Assembly: GCF_006345805.1 (NCBI RefSeq)
Contig: NC_043000.1
Location: 46,996,001-47,060,000 of the forward strand
DNA length: 64,000 nucleotides
Source of the DNA: Octopus sinensis
Taxonomy: Eukaryota
Direction of reading: 5' to 3'
Position 1 is the first letter of the stretch, and every line of letters begins with the position of its first letter. This document shows positions 24,977 to 36,689 of the stretch, in pieces. The position numbers were made by a program, and so were the translations under genes. The notes below the pieces were generated by a model that was not told the DNA's origin, ran no database searches, and was given only the letters and a program-made list of their open reading frames with translations.

Positions 24977-25360
24977 ATGTGGAAGGCCAACTGCGGAATC
25001 TGTGTCATCTTGATAGAAGGTTCAGAATTTATACTAGAACAAGGCCATCAGTTCACCATTAGAGCAAACTTCACCTGCGCATCAGAAAACTTAATTTACG
25101 TCTTAACATGCGCAGGCTGCAATAGGCAGTATATAGGCCATACAAAAAATAGCTTACGTAACAGGATGGCGGTGCATAAATCACAAATTAGAAACCCTGA
25201 ATACCGGAAAATACCGGTCAGCGGACACATAGATAGACGTGCTGGAAATGTAAATCCGAAATTTACAACTTACCCGCTTTATAAATTCAGTGACAGCGTA
25301 ACCTTTACGCAACGTCAAAATAAAGAACTGTATTTCATCAAAAATTTAGACCAAGTTTGA
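24977..25360 (+). pseudogene. GIY-YIG endonuclease domain of the Penelope-like element
   Basis: FTCASENLIYVLTCAGCNRQYIGHT..LRNRMAVHKSQI...PVSGH...KELYFIK. Confidence 0.88.
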
Positions 25361-25504
25361 ACACCTGGGCCAGGAATATTAAAACAAAACATTGGTCCTC
25401 CGAAAAGGAGAAGCGAAATTCTACCACCGGCCGTTGCCTTAAACAGTCACTCACACTGACAGAGATATGTCTTAGGGAAAGAAAAAAATTATAAAAAGAT
25501 CTCT

Positions 25505-26090
25505 ACAAGCAGATCTAATCCTGATTCGTCAAGAAACTGATGACGTATTACCTCAGTGGGCAAGCTATTGTCACCCTGCTTGGTCGGTTTCCACACACGA
25601 TACAGCTAAGGGTCAGACCCGATTCTGATTGGTCAAAGCATTGATGACGTCTCGTTCCGCTGGACTAGCCACCTAACAGGATATGGTCATGGATCAGATC
25701 TAATACAGCTATAGGTCAGACCCGATTCTGATTGGTCAAAACATTGATGACGTCTCGTTCTGCTGGACTAGCCACCTAACGGGATGATTGGTCAAAACAT
25801 TGATGACGTCCCGATCTGCTGGACTAGCTACCTAACGAGATGATTGGTCAAAACATTGATGACGTCTCGTTCCGCTGGACTAGCCACCTAACAGGATACA
25901 CTCATGGATCAGATCTAATTTCAATCCGTCAAAAACAAGGATGACGTATTTCTTCCGTGGCCAAACTGTCGTTCTACTTGGTTGGTTTCCTAACATGATA
26001 TATTCGTTGAGACTGAGATTTGATTGGTTGGGAACTATATGACGTCAGTGAAAAATGCAAGTGAGACAGCTGAGCTGATATAAACCCAAA
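25505..26090 (+). promoter_or_regulatory. tandem 56-bp repeat array with ATTGG (CCAAT box) + TGACGT (CRE-like) motifs and downstream TATAAA; putative pLTR promoter
   Basis: ATTGG at 25628, 25731, 25787, 25843, 26023, each followed 12 nt later by TGACGT; TATAAA 26079-26084. Confidence 0.55.
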
Positions 26091-26390
26091 CAATTCACAA
26101 AATTCACCAAAACTATACGAACAGACACCAACCAAAAATCATTACAGTTGCTCCCATTGGAACACAAGGTAAAATCTAAAATGAATTCCTCGCTTTTTCA
26201 AGAACATGAATTTTTTATATTTGACTCTATTGAATGCATATCACCACTATGAACTACTACATCATACTCTTTAAACATATAGCATGGACTCGCTTTACTA
26301 TATATGAATTTTTTATGTTTGACTCTATTGAATATTATATATAATTTTTTTATATTTGATAGCATGAACTATCTTTTTTATATAAAATTT

Positions 26391-26433
26391 TTTTTGATAA
26401 GGTTCGTCATTTCAAGAACCGAACATGTTAAAT
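26391..26433 (+). ncRNA. decayed hammerhead at the 3' end of the Penelope element
   Basis: TTT-TTGATAA-GGTTC/loop/GAACC-GAA-CATG-TT-AAA; perfect 5-bp stem II, core mutated. Confidence 0.4.
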
Positions 26434-26656
26434 AAATAATGTAATATAAAAATTAAAATTTGTCTAATATAGCAGCATTTTCAAACTTCATTTTTTACAA
26501 ATTATACCCACTCGTATGCGAGCTAATCTTATTATAAATATATATATATATAGTATATATATTATATATATATATATATAGAATATATATACTATATATA
26601 TGTGTGTGTATATATATGTATATATATATATGTATGTGTGTGTATATATATGTATA

Positions 26657-26705
<49 letters not shown>

Positions 26706-26832
26706 TCTATATATATATATATATATCCATATATATATGTATGTGTTATATATATGTATATATATATGTATGTGTGTGTATATATATGTATATATATGTG
26801 TGTATATATATATATTACATTTACACTGAACG

Positions 26833-26909
26833 ATTGCACTGATGAAGCCACGGACATTTGAATTATGTAAGTAATTCTTTTGTTAAAGGCCGAAACCGAG
26901 GTATGCAAT
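26833..26909 (+). ncRNA. type I hammerhead ribozyme
   Basis: Stem I ATTGCA/TGCAAT, core CTGATGA, stem II GCC...GGC (closing A-C mismatch), GAAA, short stem III CCGAGG, cleavage triplet GTA (26901-26903). Confidence 0.72.
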
Positions 26910-27171
26910 TAATTCTGTTTTTTGTATAAATTTTCATCTGTCCTGCCCGCCAAATTTGGTTCTGGTGTTCGCTGAATTTTTCCTATAGAGAACTTTCTTT
27001 GTAGTTTGATCGATGATGATCTATTTCTAGCATACGTCCGACTACCTAGCAGTCTTGCCCTGCCAATATACATATATATTAGAATTAACTCTGACTTCTC
27101 AGATTTTTGTATGCTAGACTACTGGTTTTAAATTGATATTAAAATTAATATTAATTTATCTCCCTCATTAT

Positions 27172-27172
27172 T

Positions 27173-27215
<43 letters not shown>

Positions 27216-27384
27216 TATATGTATATATATATATATATATACATATGTATGTTTGTGTATATATGTATATATATGTATATGTATATATTATATATATATG
27301 TATGTGTGTGTGTATATATATGTATATGTATATATATATGTATATATGTATGTGTGTGTATATATATATATGTATATATATATG

Positions 27385-27468
<84 letters not shown>

Positions 27469-27490
27469 ATGTATGTATGTATATATACTC
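27172..27490. repeat. (TA)n/(TG)n compound microsatellite
   Basis: Seen directly. Confidence 0.95.
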
Positions 27491-28489
27491 ACAATTTGAG
27501 GAAGCAATTTCTCTGTAAGGGTTTGTTAATAATAATCCAGATACCAACTGGCTTTATCAAATATATTGATTGAAAGTTCATTAATATATATGTATAAACA
27601 GTGTCATAAATTATAAAGTTAATAAAAGAAAATGGAGAAGAAAATATAATAGATGCTTGTTTCATTTTATTTGTATCACAATGGAAAAGTTACACAAATT
27701 AAAAGTGATGCCTATAAGAATAAGTATAAAAAGAACCAGCTCAACAAACAACCCCAAAATATCAGAAAAATATCCTACATTTGTTTCAATCTGAAAATAT
27801 GTTTGAATCATCAATATTCTAACTAATATAGATGTAATAAACGATATATTGCCAGGTATCTTCAGGTAAAAGGTAAATATATTTTACCAGTCTTGAATTA
27901 CCAAAATAACTTACTCGAAGGCTATGTTTAGAAATTTTCAAACGTAAACAACAACTTATTAGGACGCAGTACACACTCACACAAACATACACACACACAC
28001 ACACACACTTTAGTATCTAATTTGCTTGGGCTTTATCACAAGGTATTCGGTCTGCTTTCTTTTTTTTATGCTGGTTCTACGGAATTCTATTACTTTTGGT
28101 ACCGGTACATGGAATATTTCACAGAATACATGGGAATTTCTTCCTGGTCTTGGGTATGTCTCTTCCGTATTTGGTTTGTACGTCTCTTATGTTCACCATG
28201 TGACTCTTTAATTATATACATCATCCATTTTCTCTGGTAATAAGGCTATCTTCCCAGCCTTCTTTGCCGTTTCTGTATGTTTTGACATGCACTTTACCAT
28301 CTCGACGTATTTCCTTTGCGTCTTTTTTCTTTGGTAATAGCTTATCAAAAGTGGATTTCATTCTTCTTGCGAACATCAATTCTATGGGAGGCCTCCCTGA
28401 ATTTGTACTTGGATTGGGGGTCACTTTGTATATTCTTAAGAAATTTGTCTGTGCTTCGTCGTTGCTTCATCATCATCCTTCGAACAACC

Positions 28490-28905
28490 TATAGTTGGCC
28501 GGAACTCCATCGAAAATCCCTTTCCACACTACACGGTCCTGCATTGCTGTGTTCAGATCTCTAATATGTGTTATGACTCCTGAAACATAGTATCTGGAAA
28601 TATCAGTTTCCTGGAGAATACACGTCCAGAGGGATACTATAGGAGCAGGGATGAGATAACCGCTTTCTCTGCTCGATAGCAGTGGCCAGCAAATTGTAGC
28701 CGCTTCTGCTTTAACATGAGATATTAGTATCAGATTTCCGTAGATGTTACTAAGTGTTGGGTGTGATCTTCAATTGATGTTCTGTATCTTTCTGAGCAGG
28801 TTGGTATATGTTCTATCTGGGTGTTTTTCTTAGAGAGCCGATAAGTACCAGGTCTCTGATCCACAGAGAAGGGCCGCCTCAGTCAGTGTTCTAAATATTT
28901 TAACT
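28490..28905 (-). mobile_element. RTE-like LINE C-terminal fragment inserted in the Gypsy integrase
   Basis: Minus-strand translation ALLCGSETW...DRTYTNLLRKIQNI...HPTLSNIYGNL...KRLQFAGHCYR. Confidence 0.55.
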
Positions 28906-31111
28906 TTTAACGAATGAATTAAGTAATGTCGTTACTTAATTCGCTCCTCTCTTAAAGGTGTCCACAAATCTTTCTATCTACCTGTTTGACCTCAGGTGGT
29001 AGGGTGGAGTGAAAATATGCTTTATCGCATGCCTTTTACAGAAGTTCTTGAACTCATACCCCGAGAACTGCGTTCTGTTTTCAGAAACTAGCATGTCGGA
29101 AACACCGTATCGTGCAAACAATTCGTGTAAGAACTTTATAGTTATCTGAGAGGCTGGTCTCTGTAATGTTTAGGCTACTTAGTACAGCTATCTAATACGA
29201 TTAAGAAGTAAGCGCCGTTTACCGGTCTGGCACAGTCAATGTGTAACCTAAACCATGGGTTATCCGTCTCTGGCCACAATTGATACCAATGGGGCTTTGA
29301 CTGCGAGCGCGCTTCCTCAGCACGTTCTCGCCAAGTCTTCAATATCTCGAGCCATAGACGGCCAATAAACATAACTCCTCATCAGAGCCTTCATCTTTGC
29401 CATTCCTGGATGTCCACTGTAAAATTGTTGCAATACACTTTTTTTTTATAATTGGTGGAATCACTACTCTTTGGGCATACACCAGAATATCGTCGCCAAT
29501 TGAAAAACTACTGGCACCTGAATTTTTATTCTGTTTACTTTTTAAAGCTTCTTTTATTTCCGTATTATATTCATCCCCTACAGCTTTCATTCTTATATCT
29601 TGTGTCATCACTGGTAGATTTTATATAACGTTGCTCATAACACTTTTAATTTTACTTTCTGCCTGCAGTGCAGCTATAACAGTCTCTTCTAGTGGTTCCA
29701 TATTTTTTGGAATTAGTTTCCAAAGGCAGTCAGCATGATCGACTTTCTTCGATGAAATGTATTGCATTTTGAAATTATAATTTAGTAATATTACATCCCA
29801 ATGTTGAAAGCGGTTTGCAGTATGAGTCCGTAACCTTTCTTTTAGACCTATAAATCGACAGTAAAGGTCTATAGTCTTTTCGCAATAAAAAAACTTGTGC
29901 CATACACAAACCAGTGTAAGTTTTTAATTGCAAAAATAATTGCTAGGGCCTCCTTTTCAATTTGACTACGTCTCTTCTCTCCCGCTATTAGCGAGCGTGA
30001 AACATGAACCACTGATTGTGTATTTCCGTCTTCGTATTTATGAAGTAGAACTGCACCTAATCCGTGCTCGAAAGCATCAGATGCTACAATGATGTCAACA
30101 GACAAATCTGAGATTATAATTTTATCTCTTCAAAAGTATCCTGACCTCTAGTGGACCAATTCCACTTTACTCCTTTTTTGAATAAGTTGTTCAATGGAGC
30201 ACTTAACTTATGCATCTTAGGAATGTAGCTTTGATAATAGTTTGCCAACCCAAGAAATCCTTTTAAAGTTGGAATATTTGTCAGTGCAGGCATATTCCTT
30301 ATTGCGTCTGCCTTCGACGGGTCAGGATGTCTACCACTTTTATCAATTATTTGCCCTAAGTGCTTAATTTGGGGGTAGAAAGAACTTTTGCAGAGTCTTT
30401 ATCTTGTATTTTTTTCACATAATGTTTAAGATTTACCATAGTCTGCCATTCTTCTACGGTCGTCTGTAGAGATAAACCTTGGTTCACTTGCTCCATTTTC
30501 GAGAATATAAATGATTTGCACGAATATAAATGATTTGAACATATCCTTGGTGAGATCCTGGAGTTTGAAATTTTCGCACATACATTTGACTACTCCGGCG
30601 TTAGTGATAAAATGCTCCTCCTCTGTTTTTATTAAGTTCCAACACTCAATTCTAGTGTAGAATAATGAACTCCTATCACAACAAAATTTTGAAAGCAAGT
30701 TCCACAGTTTCTTGGAAACCAATCTCACTCGACTTTAAATAAAGTTACAGTAACGCTCATGTTCGGCAGGAGCTACATTGCTTAATAAAAGCCTTCCTTT
30801 CTGCTCCTCCGACCATGACTTGCATTCATTGTTAAAAATTTCCTTGTATCTTCTATAATATGCGGGAAACATAATACCTTCCTCCGGATTATACATAAAT
30901 TCAGAAATTGCGTTAGCCGTGCCATCTGGCGTAAACAAGCTTACTGGATTTTCAAACTTTGCCGACTGTAACTCAATTAATTGTTGTTGTAGCATTTTGT
31001 TTTTGCAACTCCTGTAGTTGTTCCTGTTGCATCTCTTGAAGCTGTACGACTGTAGCTAATTGGTTTTCCATGACACAGAAATTGTCTAATAACTAATGTA
31101 AGTTTCGAACG

Positions 31112-31124
31112 ATCCTCGTCGCCA
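31112..31124 (-). promoter_or_regulatory. primer binding site, tRNA-Ser(GCT) type
   Basis: TGGCGACGAGGAT 2 nt from the LTR boundary; complementary to the tRNA-Ser 3' end ATCCTCGTCG-CCA. Confidence 0.8.
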
Positions 31125-31126
31125 GA

Positions 31127-31390
31127 TGTTATATCATTTTGGACAAACGAATACACTGCAACAGTGTAATAACAATATAATCGCCCCCACCCCCCCCAAA
31201 AAACCCAACAGTAACCACACGGAACATAACAATCTTTTAAGAACAAACAATCCAACAGGCTAACTCGAACTGTAAACTTGGAACTATCAACACACGAACT
31301 GTGGAACTAACTCGCTTACTCAGACCGCTACTATTTATATGTACTGGTTCAATCCATTTTCACCAGGGGACGTTGTACTCTCGCACAACA
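31127..31390 (-). repeat. 5' LTR of the older Gypsy element (264 bp)
   Basis: TGTT...AACA termini, adjacent PBS. Confidence 0.8.
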
Positions 31391-31556
31391 AATATATATA
31401 TATGCTTATACACACACACATATGTATACATACATATATATATATATGTATACAAATATGTGTGTGTGTGTACATATATGTGTGTGTGTATATATGTGTG
31501 TGTGTGTATATATATATGCATTTATGCATACATATATATATATGTGTATATATACG

Positions 31557-31626
<70 letters not shown>

Positions 31627-32605
31627 CTGTATTATTTGTACTTGAAAATGATGACCGGTTTTCTAATTTCATATTTAAATTCAAAAGCAATAATGCTATT
31701 CTGATTATAAATATTTCACAAATATAATAAGATGTATTATTAAGTAAACTTCAACAACTGGTTGCAAGATATGAATACATGAGGGAATAATTATCCACGC
31801 ATAGTGTTCCTCTCACAAAGCTCAAACAGATGCTTAATATGCATAGTGATAATGCATAAATAGATGTAAAATATCTATAGAGAAATCCCTCCTTTGTTGG
31901 TGAGATTTTAGATTTTCATCCACTAAAGATAGTTTCAATAAGGAAGTTCTACATATAGAACAAGTATTAGCTAATAATGGGTACCCTTGCAGCTGATTGT
32001 TCAAAGAATTTGTTTCTACATCCTTGAATATCTTGGCCTAGATTTCTGGCTTAGATGTAGGTATAATTTTGAGCCAGCAATACTATATATATATATATAT
32101 ATATTTGGTATTACATATAAGAGCAAGTACTAAACTGACTATGCAGACAGGTAAATAGATCTCTTAAAATTTAGTTCAGTGAATCGTATGTTGTGTTGCA
32201 TCTAATAAAAGGCTAGCATCAAAGACCTATTTCTTTTTACATACCAAAATGCAGACGAAACCTCTTGGGATATCCATAATCTTTACATGTAAATTCCAAT
32301 GTTTCATTAGAAATGTCTTATTGCGGACAAATGTTGCTGGTAAAGCATATTTTCTTTTCCCATACTTCTTCAGTTTTGGGTGGTGGGTCTATGAGCTTTC
32401 CCTCCTTCCTTCTTTCTTTTAACTGTTTATATAGTTTTAAGTCAATGCAGGTATACTCTTTTGTGTCATAAATTTTTGACTTGTGGAAGCACAGCATGAA
32501 TTGCCTCACTTACTCAGACTGCTACAATTTATATGTAGTGGTCCAATCCGTTCTTGCCAGGGATGCCGTACTCTGACACTGCATATATATAAATACATAT
32601 ATGCT

Positions 32606-32639
<34 letters not shown>

Positions 32640-32646
32640 TATATGG

Positions 32647-33020
32647 TGGAAGCACTCCGTCGGTTACGACGATGAGGGTTCCGGTTGATCCGAATCAACG
32701 GAACAGCCTGCTCGTGAAATTAACATGTAAGTCGCTGAGCACTCCACAGACACGTGCACCCTTAACGTAGTTCTCGGGGATATTCAGCGTGACACAGAGA
32801 GTAACAAGGCTGGCCCCTTGAAATACAGGTACAACAGAAACAGGAAGTAAGAGTGAGAGAAAGTCGTGGTGAAAGAGTACAGCAGGGATCACCACCACCC
32901 CCTGCTGGAGCCTCGTGGAGCTTTAGGTGTTTTCGCTCAATAAACACTCACAACGCCCGGTCTGGGAATCGAAACCGCGATCCTATGACCGCGATTCCGC
33001 TGCCCTAACCACTGGGCCAT
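32647..33020 (-). mobile_element. tRNA-derived SINE family B
   Basis: Reverse complement TGGCCCAGTGGTTAGGGCAGCGG...GGTTTCGATTCCC head; body as in the 17289 copy. Confidence 0.85.
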
Positions 33021-33027
33021 ATATCAT

Positions 33028-33070
<43 letters not shown>

Positions 33071-33158
33071 TTAGGGAGTATAAACTCCAAACTTACAGGG
33101 AAGAATTCAATTTTGTATTAAATCAAATTTCACAATATAAATATAAAATATATATAAG

Positions 33159-33440
33159 TTAGAGAAAAACCACTATTACGTAATTCAAACACTGATAGAC
33201 GTAAAACATACCATAAAGAAAAAATAAAATATATTATAAAACATTTACCTAGATCTCAATAAAGTACATTATAATAAACAGTATATAATTAATTAATTAA
33301 TTAATAGTATATAATTGATTATATACTGTTTATTATTCATTGTGATCTAGGTAAATGTTTTATCATGTATTTTATTTTTTCTATATGGTATGTTTTATGT
33401 CTATCATTGTTTGAATTACATATTAGTGGTTTTTCTCTAA
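33159..33440. repeat. imperfect long inverted repeat / foldback (arms ~125-130 bp)
   Basis: TTAGAGAAAAACCACTA..AATTCAAACA..TGATAGAC..AAAACATACCATA..AACATTTACCTAGATC..ATAATAAACAGTATATAAT mirrored in 33318-33440. Confidence 0.85.
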
Positions 33441-33464
33441 TTCATATATATATATATATATATC

Positions 33465-33632
33465 GTCATCATCATCGTTTAACGTCCGTTTTCCATGCTA
33501 GCATGGGTTGGCCAGTTCAACCAGGATCTGAGAAGCCAGGAGGCTGCACCAGGCTCCAGTCTGATCTGACAGTGTTTCTACAGCTGGATGCCCTTCCTAA
33601 CGCCAACCACTCCATGGGTGTAGTGGGTGCTA
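33465..33632 (-). mobile_element. SINE family D fragment
   Basis: (CAT)n-CGTTTAACGTCCGTTTTCCATGCTAGCATGGGTTGG...GGATGCCCTTCCTAACGCCAACC. Confidence 0.75.
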
Positions 33633-34055
33633 TACATCACAGTGATAGATTTCATATAATTATGAATGTTCTGATCTTCTGAGTTGGCAAGCTATCAAAA
33701 TTATTAGCAGCATTTCACCCATCCTTATGTTCTGAGTCTAAATACCACTGAGGTTGACTGGCTTTCATACTTTCAAGGTCAATAAATTAAGTACAACTTT
33801 AGCACCGGGGGTTGATTTAATTGACTTTACCCCTTCCCTGAAATTGCTGGCTTTGTGCCAGATATGAAACCAATAGTCTGATCCTCACGTTCATTTATAC
33901 TGAACTTTTTTCTGACTCATTTGAACAAACTTTTGATGATCAAATTACTTGAATATATATATTGATTTACAATATCTCATTTTTTATAAACCCCTAGCAA
34001 TATCATCATGATATTGTTGCCTGCATTGCACCAGATTCTATTTTATTTCCTCATA

Positions 34056-34453
34056 CTCTTTTATTCTTTTATTTGTTTCAGTCATTTGACTGAAATTTGA
34101 CGGAAATTGTCAAGCAAATCGACCCCATGACTTATTCTTTGTAAGCCTAGTACTTATTTTATCGGTCTCTTTTGCTGAACCACAAAGTTACGGGGGACGT
34201 AAACACACCAGCATCGATTGTTAAGCGATGTTGGAGTGGTGGGGACAACCACAGACACACAAACATATGCACACACATACATATATACGACGGGCTTCTT
34301 TCAGTTTCCGTCTACCAAATCCACTCACAAGGCTTTGGTCGGTCCGAGGCTATAGTAGAAGACACTTGCCCAAGGTGCCACGTGGTGGGACTGAACCCGG
34401 AACCATGTGGTTGGTAGGCAAACTACTTACCACACAGCCACTCCTATGCCTAT
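34056..34453 (-). mobile_element. tRNA-derived SINE family A
   Basis: Reverse complement of the 56021 copy: GGCTGTGTGGTAAG A-box, GGTTCAGTCCC B-box, CCTTGGGCAAG core. Confidence 0.85.
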
Positions 34454-35114
34454 ATCTTATTAATATTCAATGCTATTATACCTTAATAGACACACAAACA
34501 CACACACAACAACCGGGTTGTTGAATAAATTTTGCCAAGGAGGTTAGCAAAATTCATCAATTCCAGTAGATGATTGGTACTTTAGTTTATTGGCCCATTA
34601 GGATGAAAGACAAAGCTGGCCTCAGCAGAATAGTCTCAAATTTCATTGGAGTAAATCGATGACATCAACCTTAGTGTTCAACTGATACTTATTTTATTGA
34701 TCCCAAAAGGATGAAAGGTGAAGTCAATCTCAATAGTTTTTGAGCTCAGAATGTAAAGAGTTTGAAAAGGGGTTGCCAGGCTTTTTATCTGGCATGCTAA
34801 AGATTCCACCTTAAATAGGCTATAATACAATAGAAGGACAAAATCACACACTCTTGTACAATTATGCTGCACTCATAAAAGAAACCCAGATATATAGTAT
34901 TGTATAAGAGCTAATGCACTCTGGTTATAAAATGGATGAATATAATATGTAAAACCTCATTAAACAGAACACCATTTGTATCACACCCAACCACAAGCTC
35001 ATGGTTAGAATGTATTACAATAACACTGGAATGAAAACCTTGTCAACGTTTAACTACAAACTAGCAAACCCCAAAACAAATTTCATACTATCAATTTAAT
35101 ATTTGGTTTCAAGA

Positions 35115-35570
35115 AGGTGATGAGCTGGCAGGAATATATAGCATACTGGGCAAAATGCTCCGCAATATTTCGTCAGTCTTTATGTTCTGAGTTCAAATTC
35201 CTCCGAGATCAATTTTGCTTTTCATCCTTTTGGGGTTGATAAATTAAGTACCTATTTCTTTATTACCCACAAGGGGCTAAATACAGAGGCGAAAAACAAG
35301 GACAGACATAGGTATTAAGTCGTTTACATCGACCTCAGTGCGTAACTGGTACTTAATTTATCGACCCCGAAAGGATGAAAGGCAAAGTCGACCTCGGCGG
35401 AATTTGAACTCACAACGTAACGCAGACGAAATACCGCTAAGCATTCCGCCCCGCGTGCTAACATTTCTGCCAGCTCACCGCCTTGATAAATTATGTACCA
35501 GTTGTACTGAGGTTGATCTAATTGACTGGCCCTCTCCCCAAAAATTTCGGGCTTTGTGCTTTGATTAGAA
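35115..35570 (+). mobile_element. older SINE family C copy containing an antiparallel younger family C copy (35253-35482, minus)
   Basis: 17-bp TSD TTGATAAATTAWGTACC at 35236-35252 and 35483-35499. Confidence 0.8.
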
Positions 35571-35771
35571 AAGAATGTTTGGTGTCAATGAAAACTGGAA
35601 AATTGCAAACTTAATAGCTCAAAGTGTTACATATGACATACAAACACAATACATGCTCTTTAGTTGATCATCCACCTCTTATGAGGAGCCATTGCAATTC
35701 CTTATAATATAATACAATTCATAAAATAGAATAAAATGAAATAGAAAAACATAGTTTTTCTATAATTTTAA

Positions 35772-35991
35772 CTCTTTCATTACTGTATTTATTCTGAAAT
35801 GTTCTCTGTTTCTTTCTATTACTTTAAATATAAAAAAGAATTTAGTAAAGTATCTTAGTTATCATTCAGCTAGTGTTAGGAATATAAATTGTGACTAAGG
35901 TTTGGTGGAAGATTTTAATTCAGAACTTTTTAAAACAAGACATTTGTACTCGGAGCCAGAGCCAGTTTCGGCCGGGTTGGTGACAAAAGGG
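35772..35991. mobile_element. non-autonomous TTAA-flanked DNA transposon (piggyBac-like MITE)
   Basis: TTAA at 35768-35771 and 35992-35995; imperfect TIRs CTCTTTCATTAC / GTGACAAAAGGG. Confidence 0.6.
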
Positions 35992-36136
35992 TTAATTGAG
36001 TAGCAAACAACAAACCTAAATTAAGCAGAGACACATCACATGTACACTTAACAGCTCTTTCTTTATATAGTTGACTGAAATTTTGTGGGAGGGCATTGGT
36101 CAATTACACTGATCTCAGTGTTTGACTGCTATTTAA

Positions 36137-36545
36137 GCTCTTTACTCTTTTACTTGTTTCAGTCATTTGACTGCGGCCATGCTGGAGCACCACCTTTAAT
36201 CGAGCAACTCGACCCCGGGACTTATTCTTTTGTAAGCCCAGTACTTATTCTATCGGTCTCTTTGGTCGAACCGCTAAGTAACGGGGACATAAACACACCA
36301 GCATCGGTTGTCAAGCAATGCTAGGGGGACAAACACAGACACACAAACACACACATGCACATATATATATATATATATACGACGGGCTTCTTTCAGTTTC
36401 CGTCTACCAAATCCACTCACAAGGCTTTGGTCGGCCCGAGGCTATAGTAGAAGACACTTGCCCAAGGTAGCATGCAGTGGAACTGAACCCGGAACCATGT
36501 GGCTAGTAAACAAGCTACTTACCACATAGCCACTCCTGCGCCTAT
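36137..36545 (-). mobile_element. tRNA-derived SINE family A, full length
   Basis: Reverse complement of 56021-56412. Confidence 0.85.
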
Positions 36546-36689
36546 CAACTCTGAAAAAATGAAAGGCAAAGTTGCCCTCAGTGAAATATGAACTCAGAAT
36601 GAAACGATGGATGAAATGCTCCTTAGCATTTTGTCTGGTGTGCTATCAATTCTTCCAGCTTGCTGTCTTGCAAGTACAATAAATAGTGA

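Larger units (their letters stand above)
18307..26435 (+). mobile_element. 5'-truncated Penelope-like element (RT + GIY-YIG + 3' pLTR region), split by the tandem LTR element
   Basis: RT motifs SFDVVNLYSNIP, ENNYFIF..FYRQ..TAMG..APSFANL, RYLDD; resumes IQFTM..LPFLDI..DIYYKPTDS..SCHP after 24396; GIY-YIG downstream. Confidence 0.9.
28015..31390 (-). mobile_element. decayed Ty3/Gypsy (Mag/K02A2.6-like) LTR retrotransposon with internal deletion of protease and most of RT
   Basis: gag (FMYNPEEGIMFPAYYRRY), RT tail (FLGLANYYQSYIP ~30230-30270), RNase H (IVASDAFEHGLGAVL..SQIEKEALAIIFAIK), integrase (RMKALMRSYVYW, PWFRLHID, TPPYH, VERFVDTFKR); 5' LTR 31127-31390. Confidence 0.85.

Noticed and set aside
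25600-25920. CRISPR-like repeat array
   Set aside because: Units are contiguous tandem copies without unique spacers, in eukaryotic retroelement context with no cas genes
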